From Monocercomonoides exilis PA203 (Eukaryota; Protista; Preaxostyla), in NCBI GenBank assembly GCA_001643675.2, contig LSRY02000022.1, positions 1,178,001-1,242,000 on the forward strand: a DNA stretch of 64,000 nucleotides, written 5' to 3'. Shown here piece after piece: positions 13,801 to 24,886 of the stretch; positions within the stretch are counted from its first letter, which is position 1; every line of letters starts with the position of its first letter. The notes under the pieces were generated by a model, which was not told the DNA's origin, did no database searches, and saw only the letters and a program-made list of their open reading frames with translations. A program made the translations under genes and the position numbers.

Positions 13801-14490
13801 AATTTTGTTTTTTCTATATTTTTTGCAATATTATACAAATCAATCTGACAAAACGAGGAAAAAACAAAGATAATTAAATAAAACAAAAATTTCTAACCTT
13901 CAGAAAATTGGAAAATTTAGTCTTTCCTTGCTTATTTTCCTTTTTCCCGATCAAATCCTGGAAATTGCCTGTATTTCTAAAATCTAATGAAAATCATAAA
14001 AATGCAATCAATTGAATGAACGAAAACACAAAAAATTCTCACAAACTTCAGCAAACTTTATTCATGTTAATTTTTAATCAATTTTTGTATCAATAACCGC
14101 AAATTGTGCAACGCATTAATAATATTAACATGCAAATGATTTAAGTTGTTCATGCATTGAAAAAATGTCAAATTGAAATAACTCAAAGCTGATTTGATAG
14201 CATTTCCTTGAATAACATAAAATTCGTTGTTATCAAAAAATAAAACGAAAAATCAACATATATATATCAAATATAAATAAAATGTTATGTTTACAACATT
14301 TAATACATGAAGATTCATCAGTTAAACTATTAACATTTTTGATCATTCCCATAATTATCAAATAATTTATTTTTAATTATGTGTGCCAAGATCTTGAAAA
14401 AATTTGATTTTTAATAATAAATAAATTTTTTTTAATTTTATTAACTTTTGTTCAATCAAATAAAGAAACGTTTGCACACTTTTAAATACT

Positions 14491-14491
<1 letters not shown>

Positions 14492-14553
<62 letters not shown>
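14492..14553. repeat. poly(A)62 tract
   Basis: Homopolymer ending ~50 bp before the right hAT TIR. Confidence 0.95.
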
Positions 14554-14554
<1 letters not shown>

Positions 14555-15581
14555 ATCGACACAAGTATTATTATTCGACCGACGCAAGCCTCTCCTGTTT
14601 CATGTGTCGCAAAGGTTTAAGATAACGGCCGGTAAAACTTTTCGATTTGTTTGTTTTTATATAATTTGACTATTACTAATGAATGCAGTTTTGATATTTC
14701 TAAAGTGGTTTTCGAATTTCATTGATTCAAAGCTGAGAAAACCTATTTTTTTAAATCCATCAGGATTTTTTATTTTGAAAACTTCCCCACCTTAAATAAA
14801 AAAAACCCTAATGAGTCGATTCTCTAAAAAGCTTTCGTCAAATATGAACCTAATAAACACATTGACAAAAGTAAAATCTATATTTCCAATGAAAACTTAA
14901 TGAAAATAATCTCTCTAATATATCTTAGTGGTTTGATCATTAATTTTAAATAACTCCTGCTTTATAAATACTAATATTTTTCAGTTTTTAATCGAATATT
15001 TCTCCTATTTGCGAATTTTAACATCTGAAAATGTGTTTTTCAAGGTCAATAGTTCTTCATAAAGACTATTTTTATACCGGTCGCTATGTTCCCTCTTACA
15101 AAAACAAATGCAAGGGCAAGTGGAGTAGATACTGGAATCAATGTGATCCTACCCACTATTTGTATCATTTTCATTTTGAAAATCTCTTCTAAAGTTAACC
15201 CTAACCCTAATTTTGCTCGGTAAAACACTGGACCATCACACTATCCAATATGAACTGTTTAATTCGTCAAAACCGTAAAACCTAATGAGCACAATAAGAA
15301 TAAAAAACAAAATTTAATTAATAAAAGGCGTCGATCATGTTGAACCAGGATCTTCTTTATCTGCAGCACTTTGTGTAAAAGGTGAACTAAATTGTTTTGT
15401 AAAAATAGAAAAATTCATCAAAAGTTGGATTTTCAAAAATAAGAATTATTTATTTAAAAAATTATACAACACTGCTATTAAAAATTTGTATATGCATCGA
15501 TGTCAGATAAGCTAATATACAACAATGTGAATTGCTGTAAATTAATATTGAATATTTGTTGAGATATTTGAATTTAAAATT

Positions 15582-15622
15582 TTGTCCGGATTAAAAAATG
15601 TCTGGATTAAAAAATCACACTG
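15582..15622. repeat. Solo TIR related to the pogo-like element at 33.6-35.8 kb
   Basis: ttgtccggattaaaaaatgtctggattaaaaaatcacactg matches 35798-35839. Confidence 0.7.
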
Positions 15623-16018
15623 CAGTTTGCGCAAAAAATACCGGACATCGCAAAAAATGCCGGACAAGATCGATATCTCAATAACCGCAAGAAGAAAAAT
15701 TCTGATAATTTTCCTCAAAATATGTCTCATCAATACAAACTCACGTGGAATACAAGACTTTCTGAATAGCCTCGTTTGAGCTCAGAAAAAATAATTTTTA
15801 CTTTCCCTGAGAAACTCAAAATCATATTTTTCCGAGATATTAAAAAGAATATTTTCTGAGCAAAAATAAAGCTATTCAGAAAGTCTTGTATTCCACGTGA
15901 GTTTGTATTGATGAGACATATTTTGAGGAAAATTATCAGAATTTTTCTTCTTGCGGTTATTGAGAAATCGATCTTGTCCGGCATTTTTTGCGATGTCCGG
16001 TATTTTTTGCGCAAACTG
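15623..16018. mobile_element. MITE with 148-bp TIRs (CAG...CTG, Tc1/mariner/pogo-type)
   Basis: Arms 15623-15770 and 15871-16018 are inverted repeats with 1 mismatch. TA follows the right end; TG precedes the left end. Confidence 0.85.
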
Positions 16019-16020
16019 TA

Positions 16021-16590
16021 TATTCTTTCTTATTTTGACATAATATCGTGAAATGGAAAAAAACAATAAAAAAAAAATCGAAGTGTAAAATATCAAAAAA
16101 TTACCAAAAACATTAAAAAGTCAAGTTTAACGGCAATAACAACACTCTGAACACTCGAAACAAAAAGTTCGTTGAAATATGGGGTAAAATATGGACTTTC
16201 AAGCTTTTTATGCACAAAGCATGAAAAAATATTTTCTCTGATAACATTTTTTCACTTATCCAGATTTCAAAACAAATCTGATTTTTTAATCAGTTTACAA
16301 GCATCGTTGAAATAAAAACATAAAGTTTTCCAACATTTCACGAATGTCAAAAAATGGACCCATTTTTATTATGTTTTTTGATCTCAAAAAGTCAATGAAA
16401 AGTGCATAATTTTTCTAAGAAAAAGCTTGAAATAAAATATTTTGCCCCATATGAGCAAGTCTTTTATCAGAAAAATAAAACAAAAAATAAAATATTTTCG
16501 GAAATAGTATGTTGTAATATTTAGAAAGTTTCCTGTTAATTGTTTTTTTCTGAAAGTTCTCTTGGATTCAGAAAAATTTGGTCTTTTCAT
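16021..16590 (+). repeat. Dispersed AT-rich repeat X, interrupted by the GGGG MITE
   Basis: 16021-16180 plus 16449-16590 align by eye with the uninterrupted 32542-32860. Confidence 0.65.
16181..16448. mobile_element. ~268-bp MITE, GGGG...CCCC termini flanked by ATAT
   Basis: GGGGTAAAATA / TATTTTGCCCC TIRs. Second, inverted copy at 33610-33877. Confidence 0.8.
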
Positions 16591-17275
16591 GAAAAAGTTG
16601 GTCTGAAAAAATAACTGATATTATATTTTCTGTCTTGAAGATCAACTTTTAATCAATATTATGATTTAAAATTTGTTCAACTCTAAAAGTTACAACTTTC
16701 GTTTTACTAAGTAACATTTTCAAAAATTTTTATTATTTCATCCCTTCGGATTTTATGATCTCTTGAATTATAAATTCTCGAAATGATATAAAAATTGAAT
16801 CAAACAAATAAAAATAAAATTGGAACACAATAAAATGCAATTTTCATCTGCCTCGAAAAACTAATCTCTTAATAGTCATTTGATTTGCTAGTCTTTCATT
16901 TTCTTAGAAGGATATTTTGCACTTGCATCTCAATAAACAAAATTTTCAAAATATTGAAAAAAAGAAAAGAAATGGGAATGCTGTAAATACTACAATGACA
17001 ATCGACATTACAGATCAAAGACAATAAAACGTTCAGGAAATTCCTTCGAAATATGTCAAATTTTCTTTTGTAATGAATGAAGCAATAGTTCTTTCTAACT
17101 TAATTGTTTCTCAGAAAAATCAAATTTTTGAAAAAAAACACACAACCTATAAGCCGACAAGTATCAATGGAAAAAAAGTTAAAACACTTTCAGTGCATCA
17201 AATTGCAAACATTTCAAACAAATTTCTATCTTTTTCAGATAAGCTATTCCAACTCTTCCAAATTGACACAAGATT

Positions 17276-20088
17276 TCACAAGATTTTCAATGGAAGTGAA
17301 CGTTTTCGAGAAACATTAGTCAATCTTTGTGCAAGCGGCACCACATAATAAAACACCAAGTTATTAGCAGTGCTCGAAACGATATTGTTGTCTCTAATTT
17401 TTGTTTTTCCCCCAGAGGCAGAGAGGAAAGAGCTGACAGGGTTGTAAAAACGGGTGAGAAACTCAGCTTTGTCTATTGACATTTCGCGAAGAGTTGAGTG
17501 GGCAGCGAGTGGGATGACATCTTCACTCAGAACAAGACGAGGGAGGGCAGAGCATTCGGTGTTGTTTAAGTCTTCGAAGAGGAAGAACTGGCTGGAAGAG
17601 AAGAAGGGAGAAAGAAAGGATGAGGAGTTTGTTGGTGGCTGGGTGGGTTCAGAGGATGTGTTGGATGAAAGAGGAGAGAGTGAGATTGAAGAAGAAGAAG
17701 AAGAAGAAGAAGATGATGATGATGAAGGCGAGGAGGAAGAAGAAGAAATAAGAGAAGCAGAAGCAGAAGGATATTTAAACGAGCGTAGAAAAGGAGAAGG
17801 AGAAGGAGAAGGAGAAGGAGAAGGATACAATGTTCTCTTTCCAAAGGGATGAGAAGTCCATTTGCAATGAACTGAGTGAGAAAAGATTGAATAATCCAAA
17901 TTGTGTCTTCTATTGCTATCAGCAAAAGAGCTGCCAGTGACATTCTGCTGTTGGGTGAATGAAGAACTGTGTTTTGAATCAAACATTTTCTCTGTTTCAT
18001 TTTCTTTGCGCTCATTTTTGATGGAATGTAAGCCAGGCAGAGAAAGAGGAAGAGACAATTCAGTTTGGAATTGTGTTTGTGTTTGAATTTTTTGTGTATC
18101 ACCAAAATGTCTTCCTTCAAAACATTCCTCAAAATATCCTCTTTGAGACAGCTCTGCCTCAGATAAAACAGGATTATTGAGCATGGAGTGCACAAAATGC
18201 GGTTCTTTGTTCGCTTTTGGGGAAATAAATTGCTTTGAATTTTGTTGAGAAACGTGAAATCCTTCAGAAATAGGCGTGCGAAGCAGAAGCGAACACATTT
18301 TTTGTTCTTCTTCGCATCTGCTCCTATTCTTTTTCTGATCTTCATGCAAACATTCTTTTTCTTTTTCTTTTTCTTTTTCTTTCTCAATTTCATTCGTCCT
18401 TCTTTTTAACTGCCTTCTTTCTTTCTCCTCATTTTCCCTTTCCACATCGCTCATTTGTGCATTCTTCATCCTTTTCGCCATCTTCTCCTGCAGTCTAACA
18501 ATATGCAGCCCCAATCTTTCCCTGTCTTCCTCACTCATCTCCTTCTCTGTCGCCTCAATCAGCTTGTTGCACAACTCTTCAATTGTCGTTTTGCTCATGT
18601 CGAATGAAGATTCTTCTGCTGAAATTGATTCTTTTTGAATAAATTTTCTTTTTTTCTCTTTCTCTTTTATTGTTTCTTCTTCTTTTCCTTCTTCTTTTCC
18701 TCCTCCTCCTCCTTCTTCTTCAGTTGCTTCTATTACTTCTATTTCTTCATTTAATTCTCCTTTATCTTCATTTAGCACTTGTTTCTTTGCCAACTCCCAC
18801 ATCGCCTTTTCCCTGGGGTTTGTTATCCAATCCTTTGAAATCCATTTGTGAAACAATTTGAAATGCGCTTTTGCCTGTTTGATCTGCCTGCGGACAACAA
18901 CCTCACGCTTCTTCCATTGTTTTGCATTTTCTGCTTCTTTCTCTTCTTTTGCTGTTATATTCCTTGTCGCATTCATAACATCATCTTCATCATTAAATTC
19001 ACATCCAACTTCAAAATCTGGATTTATTGCTGTTGACATTGCTGTTTTTGCTGCCATTTCTGTGAATGTATCACTGCCACTCATACGAAAAAGCTTATTC
19101 ACAGACTCACCACACCCGCCAGCTGCAGACTGCAACTGAATGTCCTGTTCCCTCCACTCCTTCAGCAGCATCTCCTGTCTGCTCGCTGCTATTTCTGATG
19201 CTTTCTTCCCATCCACAATGCGGTCGATGTCATAACAGAACGTGCCAGATACGTCAGCTCGCGGCGGCCTCCACTGCGCAATGAGCTCTTCTGCCTCTTG
19301 TTCGGCTTCAGACGGCTGCATTCTCCTTTTCCGGCTGCTGCTCATTTCATCAGAGGCTTCTTGGGAGGGCGATGGATGATTGGTTGTAGAGTCATGTAGA
19401 GGAATTGAGCCAGAGATTGTGCGATCTTTTGAGCTGCGCTCCAATACACTTTTTTTGAGCTCGCATAGGAAATCGAAAAAAGTGTAATATTTATGTTCGT
19501 CATTCCTTGTAATAACTTCTCTTTCGCACTTTGTCTGTTGATTTAATTCTTTTGATGGAATTTCATCTTTTTTATTTCGAATTATTTCTTCATTACTTTC
19601 ATTTTCTGGTAAAAATTTGAACCTAGCAATGTTCTCCGCTGGATTATCAACAATTTCTGAAATTCTATTTTTACAATTTTCATTATTTGAAGAAAAATCC
19701 TTTTTTGATGGATTAATCGAACAGATCAATGGATTATAGTGCGATTCGGACTGCAATAACAGTTTATCTTTAATATTTACTGTAGTTGTTTCAATTTGAT
19801 GAAGAGAAGATAACGCAGAAAATAATTTGCAATCATCGATATTCTTTTTTGGCAAATCATGCAATAACGCAGATAAATATTCTGTACTATCTGTCAATGA
19901 CATCGAGCAGTTATTGTATTGTACCAAAGAAGAGTTTTCCACCTCACCTTAAATGTTAACGCAATCAAATTTAAAAAAAAAATAAATATGCTTATTTCTT
20001 TGAAACAGAAAAGCAGCATACATATATCAAATGGGACAGATGTTAACGAAGATCGATTATCAAAGCTTGAATAACTGGAGGATGCCAT
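17276..20088 (-). CDS. Hypothetical protein (~910 aa), charged coiled-coil and Ser-rich
   Basis: Exon 20088-20022 joined by a phase-1 GTATGC..AAG intron to the 888-aa ORF. No recognised domain. Confidence 0.7.
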
Positions 20089-20344
20089 ATTCCTTATTTT
20101 AGAAGGAGATAAAACATTTGAAGCCTGTTATTTTATTTGTTTTCCAATGCAGAAAGGAAAGAAGGGCAAAAAATAATCTCTAATATTTTTTCATACTTTA
20201 TGCATAAGAGAATATGATTCTGGATGATTAAATGTCATAACATTGGTCAAATAATTTGTAAGAATAAAACATCAATTATTTGATCTGTAAATAATAAATT
20301 ATTCATGGTCGAACTACGGAATTAGTTGATAATAGAAAATATCG

Positions 20345-21064
20345 ATGGAGCAGGTATACGAGCTTATTTTATTAATCTTCGCTCTAACGATTATGTATTA
20401 TTATTTATATGTTATTTTTTCGATGGAAAAATGTTATGAATTGATTTGGACATATTAAAACAACAAACAAATATTTATAATTATTTCTCTGGAATATAAT
20501 TGATCCTACACAATGATTAACAGACCGAAAGAGCATTCCAGAAGCAGGAAACAGTTTTCTTGGGGCGCACACATCAGCTTGGGAAAAAGCACAAGAAGAG
20601 CCTTCGCTATTACCACAGCGTTGGTCTTGGCTTCAAGACTCCACGTGAGGCCATCGAAGGAACATACGTTGATAAAAAATGCCCATTCACAGGTAATGTG
20701 AGCATTCGTGGCCATATTCTTCGTGGTGTTGTCAAAAGCACAGCAATGAAGAGAACAATTGTTATTCGTCGTGATTATCTTCACTTTATTCCAAAATATA
20801 ACAGATATGAAAAACGTCATAAGACTCTTTCAGTTCATTGCTCTCCATGCTTTGAAGTGCACAACGGTGATATGGTTATTGTTGGACAATGCAGGTTTGA
20901 ATATTATTTTTTTCATTATTCATATTAAATTTTGTATTTTTGTTTTGTAAATTTGTTTTAATTAATTTCTGTTCATTTTTAGACCATTGTCAAAAACTGT
21001 GAAATTCAATGTTATTCGTGTTATCCCTCGCTCTGACTCGAAGAAACAATTTAGCAAGTTCTAA
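20345..21064 (+). CDS. RPS11: 40S ribosomal protein S11 (uS17)
   Basis: Exons 20345-20353, 20524-20894 and 20983-21064. [43 protein letters not shown]. Confidence 0.97.
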
Positions 21065-21338
21065 ACTACTTTTGTTTTTCACTTCAACAGCTATATAATT
21101 ATTCTGGAAATGCTTCAAGATTCGTTTGAGCGCTGAACCGCTTTTTTATCTTTTCTTTTCTTGTAAACATATTTTTTTAAAAAAGGAAAATCAATCATTT
21201 TTTGTAAATGATATTCTTTATAAAGACACGAAAATTTAACATTTTTCCCAAATAAATAATAATAATAATAAAAAGACAGAAAGAAACGAAAATAATTATA
21301 AACAACAGTTTCTCAAATTCTAACAATTGTATTTTCAC

Positions 21339-22603
21339 CTACGGATCAGTCCACACAGTGTTCTTTCTCAGTCGAGATCGATAAAACAGAAGAGGGATAC
21401 TCTCACTGACAACAGAAAGATCAGCAAAAGTGATAATAACATGTACTTCAAAGTCAATACAGCAAAGCTCATTTTTCATGTTTATGCATGTCAACAACTT
21501 TGGGAATATCATATGAAGTGGAAGCGATAGATTAGGCTCAACATCTCCATCTGCAATTTGCAACGTTTCGATTTCAGTTACTTATAAAAAAAAAAAGCGT
21601 AAAGAAATAAGCATACAAATATGTTGATATAGGCAATAAATGGAACGAATATAAAAACAAGAACCTTCAAATTTACTGCAAGAGGATACAGTTTCCAATC
21701 TCACAAGGCGAAGATCAATTGATCTAACTGGTTGAGAGCATTTGATCAGTAATAATTCTCCGCTAAATGGCTCGATAATGTTGCATACACGCGAGCTAAC
21801 TTTACCTGAAAATTGGAAAAAAGGGGGATCACTTGAATAAGTTTCGCCCTTCAAATTATTCCAATAAAAAAGAAAGGATTTTTTTATTTTGATGTTTCAG
21901 ACGAATATTCAATGTTTGCTCATACCGGCTTCTGAAGCTTGTCACTTGTCATATTAAAAATATATTCTTTTGGATCAATGATATCTGCTGTCTGAGAAAA
22001 ATTGAAGGATGCGTTGAACATTTTGAATTTCCAAGAATAAAAAAAAAGTTGAATACATAATTACAAATAATTACATCAAGTCCTTTTCTGATAGGCTTTG
22101 ATGAACCATGAGGAATGAAGTCACATGTTATTGTGTAGTCTATTTTTATGAGAAACCCGTGATATGTGTCGTAATAATGGAATGTTTCATTCATTTCAAG
22201 AGGAAGTGAAAATTGGATCACTGTTGTTCCAAAAGACACAACCTTTTCTGTTGGAACTTCTCTGACAATTTTAACTATTTCTACTCGTTCATTTGGGGTA
22301 TACGGCTGGAAGCAAATAAGTAAAAATGAATTCGTGAGAAAGAGCAAGTATTGGAGACAAAACTGTTAGTTCGCCTTGTTTTGAAAGTGTAAGTATTCCT
22401 TCAAATGTCAAATATAGATTAACAAAAGGAAAACTTGATCCGGTATTAACAAATGTTATTGTTCCTTCAATAACGTGCTGTGGATAAATTTCATCAAAAT
22501 AATAAAAATTCAAAGTTAAATAAAACAATTATATTTACTATTAAACCCCTGGACTGTACGTTACGTCCTTTTTGTTTAAAGCAAATTTCATCGTGAAACT
22601 CAT
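21339..22603 (-). CDS. VPS26C: VPS26C/DSCR3 (Retriever subunit), multi-exon
   Basis: K.Y.PG..I.G N-terminus, YDTYHG, VRSIDLRLVRLETV, QIADGDV, IFPKLLTC and FEV..I.F motifs across exons. Confidence 0.85.
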
Positions 22604-22795
22604 TTTCAATGGTTATTTTAATAAAAAATAAAGATTGAAATATTTTTATTATGGTTGAGTTTTCACAAAGCTCCAATAATTCAGCATCACTTATTCATTA
22701 GAATAAATGCGAATGAGGATTAAAAGCTTTGAACCCGGCAAATGTGTGCTTTATAGATTTTACAGAATTTGTTTTGATATTTGACATAATTTATT

Positions 22796-22796
<1 letters not shown>

Positions 22797-22832
<36 letters not shown>
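22797..22832. repeat. poly(T)36 tract
   Basis: Homopolymer. Confidence 0.95.
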
Positions 22833-22834
<2 letters not shown>

Positions 22835-23995
22835 TAATTAAACAATATGACAATGAGAAAATAATTCAGTACAAGAAAAGAATTTATCTTTATAAATTAA
22901 AGTATTAAAAAAAAGAAAAAAATAAAGATTGAAATGAAAAGACTTGATTTTTCAACTTAAGTGTTATTTGACAGACATAAAAAAATTTTCATATTCGTTA
23001 ATGTAATATCCAAACCGAAATTTTTTAATGTATTTTCATTTTCCCCCACTTTACACAATAGAGTTGGAATTCCTCACTTATTCTTTTCTTTCTTAGGTTT
23101 TGTTTATGTTCTTTTTTTTTCTCAGCAAAAATTCTTATTATTTCATTTTGTAAAAAACTTTCATGTTCATAAAGTCTCAATAACCATTTTGCTTTTGCGA
23201 TGATGTTATATAGTTATCATTCAAGATTTGTTAATTATGTTGTTCATTTCATCATCGTTTCATTCTTGATTCAAAATTTGTCCCATCTTTATTTATCTTT
23301 TGAAGTTTGAGAAATAAGAGATTCCAAAATCTTCAAAGGTTTTGAGATTATTATAATGGATATATGATTTTTTGAAAAAGATTCATTTGTTTATGAATAA
23401 TTGAACATTTTATTTTATTTTATTTTTGATCTTTGTCATATTTCTTTTTTGAAAACTTTGATTCAAATGCAGAAATATCAAAAAAAAATCAAAATGAAAT
23501 AAGTTTGAATTTTCCGTTTTGGTGCAAATGAGGCTATTTTCTCATTTTTTTTGCAGAACTGCTTGCAGAACTTGAAAATTGTTCAAATTCAGGAAAAAGA
23601 CATCAAATCGAAGTTCTGAACCAATTGATAAATGAAATGAATTTTGAAGAATTTAATTCAGTTTTCAAAACGGAAACGTTCAACAAAATAAACAAAATGA
23701 TTGACGAAAAGATTATTCTTTTTGAGAATGTTATTTGTCTTCTGAAATGTGCAGGATTTGGGGCAGTATTGAAGCAAACTCGGATCAATAAGTTTGACCG
23801 ATCTTCGTTGAAAAATAGATTCAAGAAAAAAATTATCGAAGAAGATGAAAAGAAAGAAATAAATGATAAAAGGTTTTTGATTGATTTCTGTGAATAAAAG
23901 TGCATTAGCACCTTTATTTTCAAGAAAAACATCCATTCAATTCCTTCTCTTTTATTTGAGATCACGATCTATGGGCCATCGCCACGATCGGATCA

Positions 23996-24886
23996 ATGTT
24001 GCAATCTTCGCAATTCGCGACATTTCCTGGACTTACGCCGTCGACCGAAGCAGCCGGACTGCCAGGTGGGGCGCAAAGCCAGATGAACGTCCAATCGCAG
24101 CCGCAGCTCCTTTCTCCACCGTTTATCAGCCAGCCGACAGGATTTTCAACACAGCCTTCAGATAAAGAAAAGAGCAGACGAGAAGAAGAAGAAGACATGT
24201 ACGAAGCTGCAGCATCTGTTTTTGTAGAAGTTTTTGGACAGGATCCCGTTAAATCTTTACTCGACATTCAGATACCTATTTTTTCAGTTGAAAGAATTCA
24301 ACAGGAATATTCATTACACGATTTTAGCCTTTTATTGCCTCCAATGCCTCCGCCAGCTACAATATCCAAGAACTGGTTCAACGATGCTCTTGACAATGCA
24401 GGATATAAACAGGAAACGTGCCTATGTCAAGCTTTCAAAGCCGTAATGTTTTGCTTAGCCGAAATGGATTCCAACAAAGAGAGCGCACGACAGAGAGCTT
24501 CAGATGCGCTTGTCCTCACGGCAAAAGCGTTCCAGGAGGCCAGAAATACCAGAATTCAAGGGCGATTCGGGTTTAAAGCAGCGGAAAAAATGAGAGCGGA
24601 AGCGGCGGCTGGACTGTTGACAGCGAGACAAGAACAGATCCTGAAAGAATCGGAGCTAGAAACTGATTCGGCTAGTGCGCGAAGGAGATATAGGAGTTTT
24701 GAAGCAATGCTTGAGGCGAAGAAGGAAAAAAGGGATTTTTATGAAGCCAGTCCAGTTAAGGCGCCGTCAATAGGAGGAGCAGGTCAGAAGTTTTTTCGTT
24801 ACAGGCCCCGCTCTTTCTCAGGAAGGAGAAGCTATGGAAGCCGAACAAAAGCAGCAGGATGGGCCAGTCGGAGTCGGGGTCTCTAA
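23996..24886 (+). CDS. DIRS Gag-like ORF1
   Basis: First ORF of the element, 296 aa, basic C-terminus; overlaps pol. Confidence 0.7.
   Translation: MLQSSQFATFPGLTPSTEAAGLPGGAQSQMNVQSQPQLLSPPFISQPTGFSTQPSDKEKSRREEEEDMYEAAASVFVEVFGQDPVKSLLDIQIPIFSVERIQQEYSLHDFSLLLPPMPPPATISKNWFNDALDNAGYKQETCLCQAFKAVMFCLAEMDSNKESARQRASDALVLTAKAFQEARNTRIQGRFGFKAAEKMRAEAAAGLLTARQEQILKESELETDSASARRRYRSFEAMLEAKKEKRDFYEASPVKAPSIGGAGQKFFRYRPRSFSGRRSYGSRTKAAGWASRSRGL

Larger units (their letters stand above)
8567..14619 (+). mobile_element. hAT-superfamily DNA transposon (~6.05 kb) carrying host cargo
   Basis: TIRs TAGGCCTTTGCGACACA (8567-8583) and TGTGTCGCAAAGGTTTA (14603-14619), 15/17 match. AGATAACGG duplicated at 8558-8566 and 14620-14628. 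CCGAC/TCGAC subterminal motifs at both ends. Confidence 0.88.

Noticed and set aside
15195-15210. TTAACCCTAACCCTAA telomere-like motif
   Set aside because: Only ~2.5 units; too short to call an interstitial telomere.
15542-16096. Mirror-image ORFs RKKYRTSQKMPDKID on both strands
   Set aside because: They are translations of the MITE inverted arms, not genes.
17100-17278. Frame stays open ~25 codons past the TGA at 17276, with an intron-like sequence (possible readthrough)
   Set aside because: Length is within chance expectation and there is no homology evidence.
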